A stretch of DNA of 64,000 nucleotides, taken from Malacoraja senta. Taxonomy: Eukaryota. The stretch's first letter is position 1; the number at the start of each line of letters is the position of its first letter. Where the stretch lies: NCBI GenBank assembly GCA_038087875.1, contig CM075995.1, positions 4,776,001 to 4,840,000 on the forward strand, in the 5' to 3' direction. Below the pieces are notes generated by a model, which ran no database searches, was not told where the DNA came from, and was given only the letters and a program-made list of their open reading frames with translations. The position numbers and the translations under genes were made by a program. Below are positions 25,015-35,830 of this stretch, in pieces.

Positions 25015-25332
25015 AAGCCCTGTCCCACTGTACGAGTTCATTCAAGAGCTCTCCCGAGTTTTTAAAAAAATCAAACTCGTGGTAAGCACGTAGAATGAAC
25101 GTAGCGGGTATGTCGGAGCTCAAGGACGTCTCTTAGCGGCTCGTAACGCTAACGGCAGGTACTCGGGAAACGCGGTAAGCTTGGGAAGACTCGTGAAGAT
25201 TTTTCAACGTATTGAAAAATGTCCACGAGAGCCCCGAGTACTTACGAGCGGCCTTTACCGTAAATCTCCAATTTCAAATCGGGGGAAACTCGGGAGAACT
25301 CTTGGATGAACTCGTACAGTGGGACAGGGCTT
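25015..25332. mobile_element. PIF/Harbinger-type MITE B (318 bp) inserted in a Penelope terminal repeat
   Basis: ~47-bp TIRs AAGCCCTGTCCCACTGTACGAGTTCAT.CAAGAG.TCTCCCGAGTTT; flanked by TAA and TTA (TWA target), splitting host CTGAG-TTA-CTCCAGC. Confidence 0.9.
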
Positions 25333-26571
25333 TTACTCCAGCATTTTGTGTCTATCTTGCGTTAGTTCAATGTCCAAGGGAATGATAGTGAAGAGCTTTT
25401 TTGATGGCTGACGGAAGGTTTTTGCTCAACTATTGTCCGATTTAATTAGAATAACTGAGATTATTGTATATTTATTTGTTGTTGTTGCTGCATCTAAATG
25501 TGTCTGTAGAGCTGCAGCAAGTAAAGATTCTCATTGTTACGCTTCGTAACCGGTGCAAGTGATAAATATACACTCTTGAACTTGCTACTTTTGTGGTACA
25601 CTCCGTCCCTGTGTGAGGCAGTCCCTCTATGTGAGACCAGTTGTTACATTGTTAGCAGTTAATCATCAGACCATTCCAGAGTGCAGTGCTAGTTCGTGGA
25701 ATGCTTCTTTCTATTTTTGATGGATTAACCCCACCGGATCTAATGCCTTGATCTAATGCCGGTTCTTGCTCTGCAGGAGTGAACCTGGCTTTTATTTGGA
25801 ACTGTGTAGGAAGGAAACGCAGATGCTGGTTTACACCGAAGGTAGACACAAAATGCTGCAGGAACACAGCCGGGACAGGCAGCATCTCTGGGGAGGAAGA
25901 ATGGGCGACGTTTTGGGTCGAGACCCTTCTTCAGACTGAGGGTCGGGGGAGAAGGAAACTAGAGATATGGAAGGGTACAAAGAGAATGTACTGTGAAAAC
26001 AATAGACAATAGGTGCAGGAGTAGGCCATTCGGCCCTTCGAGCCAGCACCGCCATTCAATGTGATCATGGCTGATCATCCCCAATCAGTACCCCGTTCCT
26101 ACCTTCTCCCCATATCCCCTGACTCCGCAATTTTTAAGAGCTCTATCTAGCACTCTTGAAAAACGACAGGCGATGATCAAGGAAATGTAGAATGGTTCAT
26201 TGTTGGCTGAGGGGAAGGTGACAACAAGGCATACAATTAATCAAATCAATTGGAGGTAGACACAAAATGCTGGAGTAACTCAGCGGGACAGAAAGAATGG
26301 GTGACGTTTCGGGTCATTCCTTCTCTTCAGAGATGCTGCCCGTCCTGCTGAGTTACTCCAGCATTTTGTGTCTATCTTCGATTTAAACCAGCATCTGAAG
26401 TTCTTTCCTACACATCTTATGATCTTGACTTAAGCTCCATCTCAGACGGTGCAGGGGGTATTTTGCACATACAGTTGAATAAGAAAACAGTGTTAGTTTA
26501 ATATCTTATGGTAAAGTTAGTGAAAAGAAAGATTTAATTTTGGTAGCAGATGGGAGATCAATCTAAAGCAG

Positions 26572-26865
26572 ATGGCGGCACAGTGGCGCAGCGGTAGAGT
26601 TGCTGCCGCACAGCACCAGAGACCCGGGTTCAATCCTGACTACGGGTGTCGTCTGTACAGGGTTTGTACGTTCTCCCCGTGACCGCGTGGGTTTTCTCCA
26701 GGATCTCTGGATTCCTCCCACACAGAGTGTAGGTTAATTGGCTTTGGTAGAAATTGTAAAGTGTCCCTGGTGTGTAGGATAGTGCTAGTGTACGGGGATT
26801 GCTGGTCGGCGGGGACTCGGTGGGTCGAAGGGCCAGTTTCCATGTTGTATCTCTAAACTAAACTA
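26572..26865 (+). mobile_element. V-SINE (HE1-like)
   Basis: A and B boxes, V-domain, (CTAAA)n tail. Confidence 0.88.
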
Positions 26866-26917
26866 ATATCTAAATGCTGGGAAAATATCTTGGTTGTCCA
26901 ATGCTGACCTTGTCAAC

Positions 26918-27225
26918 TTTAGTTTAGTTTAGAGATACAGCGCAGAAACAGGCCCACCGAGCCTGCACCGACCAGCGATCCCCACACATTAATACTGTCC
27001 TACACACACTAGAGACAATTTACACATACACCAAACCAATTAACCTACAAACCTGTACGTCTTTGGAGTGTGGGAGGAAACCGAAGATCTCTGAGAAAAC
27101 CCACGTGGACAGGAGGAGAACGTACAAACTCCGCAAACACCACCCGTAGCCGGGATCGAACCCGGGTCTCCGGCGCTGCAAGCGCTGTAAGGCAGCGACT
27201 CTACCGCTGCTTCACCGTGCTGCCC
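26918..27225 (-). mobile_element. V-SINE (HE1-like), tail-to-tail with the previous copy
   Basis: (TTTAG)n tail then the reverse-complement body ending ...CTACCGCTGC.TCACCGTGCTGCC. Confidence 0.88.
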
Positions 27226-27287
27226 CGGTCAACTCCCCGGGGCAATCCTGTAAAACTGCCAACAGGACAGTCTGTTTACTTATGATG

Positions 27288-27496
27288 TATGTGTAAGATG
27301 GAACTGCAGATGCTGGTTTAAACTGAAGATAGACACAAAAAGCTGGAGTAACTGAACGGGACAGGCAGCATCTCTGGAGAGAAGGAATGAGTAACGTTTC
27401 GTTCGAGAGGTCTGAAGAAGGGTCTCAACCCGAAACATCACCCATTCATTCTCTCCAGAGATGCTGCCTGTCCCGTTGAGTAACTCCACATTTTTG
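27288..27496. mobile_element. Fold-back Penelope terminal-repeat insertion with 15-bp flanking direct repeat
   Basis: Inverted copies of the module; TGTTTACTTATGATG at 27273-27287 and 27497-27511. Confidence 0.8.
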
Positions 27497-27576
27497 TGTT
27501 TACTTATGATGAATGGTAACTGGAAGTGACTGAAGATGCACAGCCCATTGTGTCCTTTCCATGGTGCTCAGATCAT

Positions 27577-27928
27577 AATAATAATAATAATAATGGATTG
27601 GATTTATATAGCGCCTTTCTAATACCCAAGGCGCTTTACATCGCATTATTCATTCACTCCTCAGTCACACTCGATGGTGGTGAGCTACTTCTGTAGCCAC
27701 AGCTGCCCTGGGGCAGACTGACGGAAGCGTGGCTGCTAATCTGCGCCTACGGCCCCTCCGACCACCACCAATCACTCACACACATTCACACACATGCACA
27801 CGCAGGCAAAGGTGGGTGAAGTCTCTTGCCCAAGGACACAATGACAGTATGCACTCCAAGCGGGATTCGAACCGGCTACCTTCCGGTTGCCAGCCGAACA
27901 CTTAGCCCATTGCGCCATCTGTCGTCCT
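27577..27928 (-). mobile_element. tRNA-derived CORE-type SINE with L2-like tail (resembles teleost AFC-like SINEs)
   Basis: Minus strand: A box TGGCGCAATGG, B box GGTTCGAATCC, CORE-like GTGTCCTTGGGCAAGAGACT, tail AAAGGCGCTATATAAAT plus (ATT)n; AGATCAT direct repeat at 27570-27576 and 27929-27935. Confidence 0.8.
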
Positions 27929-28094
27929 AGATCATGTCCGCATCTCCTAACTAATCTTCAGCTGTCACAGCTCTTGCCTCACAGCACTAGAGATCCGGGT
28001 TTGATACTGCCCACGGTTGCTATCTGTGCGGTGTTTGCACGCTCTTCCTTGCTTTCCCACCCGCTTCCATTTTCTTCCCATCGCCCAAAGACAA

Positions 28095-28578
28095 GCTCAC
28101 AGGTTCACAACTTATAGGAGTAGAATTTTAGGCCATTCGACCCGAGTCTACTCCGCCATTCAATCCTGGCTGATCTCTGCCTCCTAATCCCATTTTCCTG
28201 CCTTCTCCCCATAACCCTTGACACCCGTTCTAATCAAGAATTTGTCTATCTCTGCCTTAAAAATATCTCCTGACTTGGCCTCCACAGCCCTCTGTGGCAA
28301 GGAGTCCCACAGATTAACTACCCTCTGACTAAAGAAGTTCCTCCTCACCTCATTTCTAAAAGAGCGCCCTTTAATTCTGAGGCTATGTCCTCTGGTCCCA
28401 GACTCCCCCACCAGTGGAAACATCCTTTCCACATCCACTCTATCTGATGCCTTACATTATTCTGTAAGTTTCAATGAGATCCCCCCTCAACCTTCTAAAC
28501 TCCAGCGAGTTGAGGATCAGTGCTGTCAATCGCTCATCATATGCTTACCCACTCATTCCTGGAATCGTTCTTGTAAAG
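28095..28578 (-). mobile_element. CR1 LINE 3' end (left arm of an inverted pair)
   Basis: ORF 28184-28438 ...GHSLRIKGRSFRNEVRRNFFSQRVVNLWDSLPQ. Confidence 0.9.
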
Positions 28579-28661
28579 ACCTTCAAGATGCTCGGTCAAT
28601 TGGCCGCTGTATATGGACCCCAGTCTAGTGGGCAGTAAAATTGATGGAACATGAGGAGGAT

Positions 28662-29142
28662 ATGTTCCCGGGATGGCGGGACTGTCATATGCTGAGAGAA
28701 TGGAGCAGCTGGGTTTGTACACTCTGGAGTTTAGAAGGATGAGAGGATATCTCATTGAAACATATAAGATTGTTAAGGGCTTGGACACGCTAAGAGGCAG
28801 GAAACATGTTCCCGATGTTGGGGGAGTCCAGAACCAGGGGCCACAGTTTAAGAATAAGGAGTAAGCCATTTAGAACGGAGACGAGGAAACACTTTTTCTC
28901 ACAGAGAGTGGTGAGTCTGTGGAATTCTCTGCCTCAGAGGGCGGTGGAAGCAGGTTCTCTGGATGCTTTCAAGATAGAGCTAGATAGGGCTCTTAAAAAT
29001 AGTGGATTCAGGCGATATGGGGAGAAGGCAGGAACGGGGTACTGATTGGGGATGATCAGCCATGATCACATTGAATGGCGGTGCTGGCTCGATGGGCCAA
29101 ATGGCCTTGTCCTGTACCTATTGTCTATTGTCTATTGTCTAT
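28662..29142 (+). mobile_element. CR1 LINE 3' end (right arm of an inverted pair)
   Basis: MAGLSYAERMEQLGLYTLEFRRMRG... and FFSQRVVSLWNSLPQ; (CTATTGT)n tail. Confidence 0.9.
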
Positions 29143-29845
29143 GCTTGGGGGGAGGGGAGGGAGGAGATAATTAGTTGAAGATTGGGAAAGCTCTGCAGGT
29201 AACGATGGGCCGATTTGACCAGCTCCAATGTTGTAAAGAAATATTGAAAAATAGTGCAGCCAGCTTAATCCTTATCAGACTGGAATGGATAAAGAGCTGG
29301 TAAATTTCTGGTCTTGGTAGAGGAACAAGGATTGTCTTTGGCACAAGCAACACATTTCACACAAAGGTTGATGGGTGTATGGAACGAACTGCCAGACGAG
29401 GTAGTTGAAGCAGGGACTATCGCAACTTTGAGAAACAATTGAACAGGTACATGGATAGGACAGGTTTAGAGGGATATGGACCAAACGCAGGCAAGAAGGA
29501 CGAGTGTAGATGGGACATGTTGGTCGGCATGGGCAAGTTGGGCCTAAGGGCATGTTTCCGCACTGTATGACTCTATTTAAAAAGTTTGAGAATTGCTCGA
29601 TGTATCAATAGTGCGCATTTGCCATCCTGGCCAAAATGAGCTTGCGACATTGTCTTCATTTCCACACTGATTGTTGACTGAGGCCCTGTCCGATAGACCA
29701 GTGAATAACTATTGGAAAGCCAATAGTTGTGGTTTGGTCCCTCACCTTATTTGCCACTTAACCACTTGGAACAAAATGGGAATTGAGATGCGATTAATTG
29801 TAAATCATTTCAAAACTCACAGTGCAGGCTTAAGCACTTAAACAT

Positions 29846-30150
29846 CAGGCAGGCACAGTGGCGCAGTGGTAGAGCTAGCGCCTTACAGCGCCAGAGACCC
29901 GGGTTCGATACGTTCTATGGGTGTTGTCTGTACAGAGTTTGTACGTTCTCCCGGTGACCAGCGTGGATTTTTTCTGAGATCTTCGGTTTCTTCCCACACT
30001 CCAAAGACGTACAGGCTTGTAGGTTAATTGGCTTGGTATAAATGTAAAATTGTCCCCAGTGTGTGTAGGATAGTGTTAATGTGCGGGGATCGCTGGTCGG
30101 TGCAGGCTCCGTGGGCCGAAGGGCCTGTTTCCGTGCTGTATCTCTAAACC
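29846..30150 (+). mobile_element. V-SINE (HE1-like)
   Basis: GGCACAGTGGCGCAGTGGTAGAG...GGTTCGAT...V-domain...GGGCCGAAGGGCCTGTTTCCGTGCTGTATCTCTAAAC. Confidence 0.88.
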
Positions 30151-30604
30151 AATTGAAACCGGTAGTGCTTTTCATTTTTGACATTTGTATTTGTTCATTA
30201 ATGGTAGATGTTAATTGAATATATACATGAATTTTATGTAGGCACATGTTTTTTTAAATTAGTGCGTAGCTTTTTAAACGTTGTTGTTTCACCCATGTGA
30301 CTACTTAGGGATTTTTGGACAATATTGGGCCAAGTTAATGTATCTCAAAACTTTACCTTGGCATGAGTTTTGTGTCTGCATCCAAAAAATGGTGTACAGC
30401 AGCTGGAGATAATCAATTTTGCTGGAATGTTTTTTTTTCTTTTGTGATTTATGGTGTGGAAATGTTGGTGCTTGGCTCCAATTATGGAAAGCCAATGTAT
30501 TGTGTGATGAAGACACAAAATGTCAATCCCTACATATTTAGTTTGGTGGAAGTAGGTACTTCAGCCCACCAAGTCTGAGCCAACCAATCATCACCTGTAC
30601 ACTA

Positions 30605-30834
30605 TGTGTAGGAAGGAACTGCAAATGCTGGTTTAAATCCATGATAGACACAAAATGCTGGAGTAACTGAGCGGGGCAGACTTCTCTGGAGAAGTCTGAA
30701 AGTCTGAAGAAGGGTCTTGACCAGAAACGTCGCCCATTCCTTCTCTCCAGAGATGCTGCCTGTTCCGCTGAGTTACTCCAGCATTTTGTGTTTACCTTCG
30801 ATTTAAAGCAGCATCTGCAGTTCTTTCCTACACA
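30605..30834. mobile_element. Fold-back Penelope terminal-repeat element
   Basis: TGTGTAGGAAGGAACTGC...GCAGTTCTTTCCTACACA inverted arms of ~85 bp around a hammerhead-like motif at 30704. Confidence 0.82.
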
Positions 30835-31908
30835 TTTTGTCAGCAGTTGAAAGGGAATGTCCCCATTCGCATTTCCTAATAGAATCTTGTGTCAAAGAGG
30901 TGAGTAAAGGCCAAACCAAAGTCGTCATTCCAAATGCACCTAAGCAAGTCCAACAAGCGGATATATGTACAGGAGGTGTGGGCAAACAAGATTTGTTTTT
31001 GTGAGATGGGCAGCTGGTACGGCTGATTTAGCTCTTAGGGCTAAGGGAATCAAGGGATATGGGGGAAAAAGCCTGAACGGGGTACTGATTTTGGATGACC
31101 AGCCATGATCATATTGAATGGCTCGAAGGGCCGAACGGCCTACTCCTGCACCTTTTTTCTATGTATCTATGATACTCAAAGCGGGAAGTGTAGAATTGCA
31201 TGTAGATAGAGTCATAGAGAGTGATACAGTGTGGAAACAGGCCCTTTGGCCCAAGTTGCCCACACCGGCCAACATGTCCCTGCTACACTAGTCCCACCTG
31301 CTCCCTCTATACCTGTCTTATCCATGTACCTGTCTAACTGTTTCTTAAATGTTGGGATAAATTGTGAACTACAGTCCACCCCAAGCAGCTGAGGAAGTCA
31401 AAAGTTTGTGAAGCTACAAGGTCAGGATAGGAATATATGTATGGTCAGTTGAAGTGACTTCTGCAGAGAATATGTTTAAGAAGGAACTGCAGATGCTGGG
31501 AAAATCGAAGGTAGACAAAAATGCTGGAGAAACTCAGCTGAGTATGATTTGGCAGCGTGGGTAGAATGCCCTGTTTTGGTGCCGTGAGTTCTATGTAGTG
31601 AATGCAGCCCTTGTAGCATTACAAAATTACTTTCTTTAGTCAGAGGGTGGTGAATCTGTGGAATTATTTGTCACAGAAGGCTGTGGAGGCCAAGTCAGTG
31701 GATATTATTACAGCAGAGATAGATATATCCTTGATTAGTACAGGTGTCAGAGGATTTGGGGAGAAGGCAGGAGAATGGAGTTAGGAGGGAGAGATAGATC
31801 AGCCATGATTGAATGGCGGAGTAGACTGGATGGGCTTAATGGCCTAATTCTACTCCTATTCCTTATGACCTTATGACAAAATGATTATTGTTTGTTTGCT
31901 TTTATGAT

Positions 31909-31992
31909 GATATATGTATATATATATTTATATGTGTGTGTGTGTGTGTATATATATATAGACACACATACACACACACACACACACACATA
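31909..31992. repeat. Compound microsatellite (TA)n(TG)n(TA)n(CA)n
   Basis: Directly visible; quasi-palindromic arrangement. Confidence 0.9.
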
Positions 31993-32757
31993 AAAATAAA
32001 CAATAATAGTTTTGTAATGTTACAAGTGCTGTAGCACTTGCCCACCCCGGACATATATATACATCCGGGTGAAAGGCTGGGACCGTGGTCTGCTGCAAGG
32101 CACCACTGTCACGGTAGAAGGATATAGGCCACAAGGGGGCAGGTGGGACTGGTCTAGATGGGGCAGCTTGGTCGAATTGGACATGTTGGGTAGGAAGGAA
32201 CTGCAGATGCTGGTTTACACCGAAGATTGACACAAAACGCTGGAGGAATTCAGCGGGACAGGCAGCAACTCTGGAGAGAAAGAATGGATGACATTTTGGT
32301 TCGAGACCCTTCTTCCGACTGCAAGTCGGGGGGGGGGGGGAGGTAGTCTAGAGATATGGAGGGGTAAGGTGTGGGAACGACAGATCAAAGCAGACGATGT
32401 TAAGAAAAAGTAGAATGGTTCATTGTTAGCTGAGGGGAAGATGACGAGGCACACAATCAGTAACATTAATCAGAAGGACTGTGAAAATAGTCGGAGAACG
32501 AGGTGTTTCCATGTCTCGATGACTAAACAGTCCAGTAGGTGGAGTCGCAGTCTAGAGAAGAAATGCTGATCAATCTCTGTCAATTAGACCAAGAACATTT
32601 TCTGTTTCCTGCTTACCAGCTGAAATTCAGAACACTGTTAACATGAAAGAATGTGTTGCAAACCTACATGATGCTTCATAATGTACCCCTTTCTTTTCAT
32701 TCACTTAACGCCATATCCCTTATTCTTTAATGATTATGAATGCCCTTCACTGTACAG

Positions 32758-32784
32758 ATAATGGCTTTGAATAATAGCATGGCT
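32758..32784 (+). CDS. Candidate 27-nt microexon (IMALNNSMA; only phase 0 is open)
   Basis: GAATGCCCTTCACTGTACAG|ATAATGGCTTTGAATAATAGCATGGCT|GTAAGT; TGC at -17; branch-point-like CACTTAAC at 32702-32709; no AG dinucleotide for ~105 nt upstream. Confidence 0.6.
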
Positions 32785-32925
32785 GTAAGTAAAGCTCTTT
32801 AAGGACACATGATTTGTTAACCCTGTCAGGGATGGATCGCAATGAAGGGATGCGGAATTTATCCTGGAGTGCTATTGTATGCAGATGACAACACAATTGG
32901 AATTGGGTGCAACTTGAATCAGTTT

Positions 32926-33125
32926 NNNNNNNNNNNNNNNNNNNNNNNNNNNNNNNNNNNNNNNNNNNNNNNNNNNNNNNNNNNNNNNNNNNNNNNNNNN
33001 NNNNNNNNNNNNNNNNNNNNNNNNNNNNNNNNNNNNNNNNNNNNNNNNNNNNNNNNNNNNNNNNNNNNNNNNNNNNNNNNNNNNNNNNNNNNNNNNNNNN
33101 NNNNNNNNNNNNNNNNNNNNNNNNN
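32926..33125. other. Assembly gap (200 N)
   Basis: Run of exactly 200 n, a round scaffolding placeholder. Confidence 0.99.
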
Positions 33126-33834
33126 CTCAACCGTGGCTAACGAGGGAAATCAAGGATAGTGTTAAATCCAAGGAAAAGGCATATAAATTGGCCAAAGGAA
33201 GCAGCAAACCGGAGAAATCTAGAATTCAACAGAGGAGGACAAAGGGGTTAATTAAGAGGGGGGGAAAAGAGCATGAAAGAAAGCTTGCGGGGAATATAAA
33301 AACGGACTCTAAAAGCTTCTTTACCTATGTAATAAGGAAAAGATTAGTGAAGACAAATGTAAGGCCCTTACAATCAGAGATAGGTGAATTTATAGTGGGA
33401 AACAAAGAAATGGCAGAACAGTTAAACAAGCACTTTGGTTCTGTCTTCACTAAGGAAGACACAAACAATCTCCCCGAAATACTAGGGGACCGAGGATCTA
33501 GTGGGAGGGAGGAACTGAAGGGAATCCACATTAGTCAGAAAATGGTGTTAGGTAAACTGTTGGGACTGGAGGCAGATAAATCCCCAGGGCCCGATGGTCT
33601 GCATCCCAGAGTACTTAAGGAGGTGGCCCTAGAAATCATAGATGCATTGGTGATCATTTTCCAATGTTCTCTCGACTCTGGATCAGTTCCTGTGGACTGA
33701 AGGGTAGCCAATGTAACCCTGCTTTTTAAGAAAGGAGGGAGAGAGAAAACGGGGAATTAAAGACCAGTTAGCCTTACATTGGTAGTGGGGAAGATGCTTG
33801 AGTCGATTGATAAAGATGTTATAGCAGCGCATTT

Positions 33835-34252
33835 GGTGATCGCTTCGCCCAGCACCTCCGCTCGGTTCGCAATAACCAACCTGATCTCCCGGTGGCTCAG
33901 CACTTCAACTCCCCCTCCCATTCTGAATCTGACCTTTCTGTCCTCGGCCTCCTCCATGGCCAGAGTGAGGAGAGTGAGGACCACCGTAAATTGGAGGAGC
34001 AGCACCTCATATTTCGCTTGGGCAGTTTGCACCCCAGCGGTATGAACATTGACTTCTCTAATTTCAGGTAGTCCTTTCTTTCTCCTCCCCATCTCAGCTC
34101 TCCCTCAGCCCACTGGCTCCACCTCTTCCTTTCTTCTTCCTGCCCCCTCCCCCCCCCCACCGAAGGGTTTCGGCCCGAAACGTTGCCTATTTCCTTCGCT
34201 CCATAGATGCTGCCTCACCCGCTGAGTTTCTCCAGCATTTTTGTCTACCTTC
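33835..34252 (+). mobile_element. Penelope fragment nested in CR1 (duplicate of 6055-6472)
   Basis: Near-identical to copy 1. Confidence 0.85.
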
Positions 34253-35830
34253 AGTCAAAGTCAGCATGGATTTATGAAGGGGCAATCATGCTTGACTAAT
34301 CTTCTGGAATTTTTTGAGGATGTAACAAGTAGAATGGATAAGGGAGAGCCAGTGGATGTGGTGTATCTGGACTTTTTGACAGCGTCCCACACAAGAGATT
34401 AGTGTGCAAAATTAGAGCACATGGTATTGGGGGTAGGGTATTGACATGGATAGAGTACTGGTTGGCAGACAGGAAGCAAAGAGTAGGAATTAACAGGTCC
34501 TTTTCAGAATGGCAGGCAGTGACTAGTGGGGTGCCGCAAGGCTCAGTGCTGGGACCCCAGTTATTTACAATATATATTAACGATTTAGACGAGGGAATTA
34601 AATGTGACATCTCCAAATTTGCGAATGCCACAAAGCTGGGTGGCAGTGTGAGCTGCGAGGAGGATGCTATGAGGCTGCAGGGTGACTTGGATAGGTTGGG
34701 TGAGTGGGCAGATACATGGCAGATGCAGTATAATGTGGATAAATGTGAAGTTATCCACTTTGGTGGCAATAACAGGAAGGCAGATTATTATCTGAATTAT
34801 GTAAGATTAGGAAAAGGGGAGGTGCAACAAAACCATGGTGTGCTTGTATATCAGTCACTGAAAGTAAGCATGCAGGTGCAGCAGGCCGTGAAGAAAGTTG
34901 GTCTTCATTGCAAGAAGATTTGAGTTTAGGAGCAAGGAGGTCCGACTGAAGTTGTACAGGGCCCCGATGAGACTGCACCTGGAGTATTGTGTGCAATTTT
35001 GTTCTTCTAATTTGAGGAAGGACATTATTGCTATTGAGTGAGTGCAGCCTAGGTTCACCAGGTTAATTCCCGGGATGGCGGGACTGACATATGATGAAAG
35101 AATGGGTCAACTGGGCTAAAGGAATCAAGGGATATGGGGAAAAAGCAGGAACAGGGTACTGATTCTAGATGATCAGCCATGATCATATTCAATGCCGGTG
35201 CTGCCTCAGAGGGCTGAATGGCCTACTCCTGCACCTATTTTTCTATGTTTTGGTGCAAACCAGCCTTTGCACTTCCTTCCTACACATTTGCTAAACGCAG
35301 TTGCCCAATGTCATTTGTGATGCTTCTCAGAAATTGCTTAATGGTTCCTTCCGAAGTTAGTTATGTATCAGGGGGGTGGGGAGGGGAGGAGAGACTCAGA
35401 CTCTGAACGTAACTTCAGTGGCTGGATTTAGGTTCCCTGGTGGAGTTATGTTGAAACATGCAGATGGTGCTCTGATGAAGTGTCTCGACCTGAAACGTCA
35501 CCTATTCCTTCTCTCCTGAGATGCTGCCTGTCCCGGGTCGAGTTACTCCAGCAATTTGTGTCTATCAATGATGCTCTTTAAAATACTTGCAGAACCTCTC
35601 ACGTAGTCATCATCTGAATCCATTGGTATTCACGACGTTGACCTCTAGATCTTGACCTCTAGATCTGGAGAAGGCAGGAACGGGGTACTGATTGGGGATG
35701 ATCAGCCATGATCACATTGAATGGCTGGCTCGAAGGGCCAAATGGCCTACTCCTGCACCTATTGACTATTGTCTATTTACCTGTGGCTGTTAACATGGAT
35801 CAGTAAGCACTCAGTGTAAATGATCAAATG

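Larger units (their letters stand above)
5347..32925 (+). repeat. Copy 1 of a ~27.6 kb near-identical direct duplication
   Basis: Starts CTCAACCGTGGCTAACGAGGG at 5347, the same sequence that follows the gap at 33126. Ends ...TGAATCAGTTT at 32925, exactly at the gap. The ORF track repeats at an offset of ~27780. Confidence 0.98.

Noticed and set aside
1585..32310. Recurring 28-30 nt hairpin motif as a CRISPR repeat
   Set aside because: Copies are dispersed, in both orientations, embedded in longer repeat modules, with no regular spacers or cas genes.
32747..33159. ORFs containing X runs
   Set aside because: Artefacts of the N gap.
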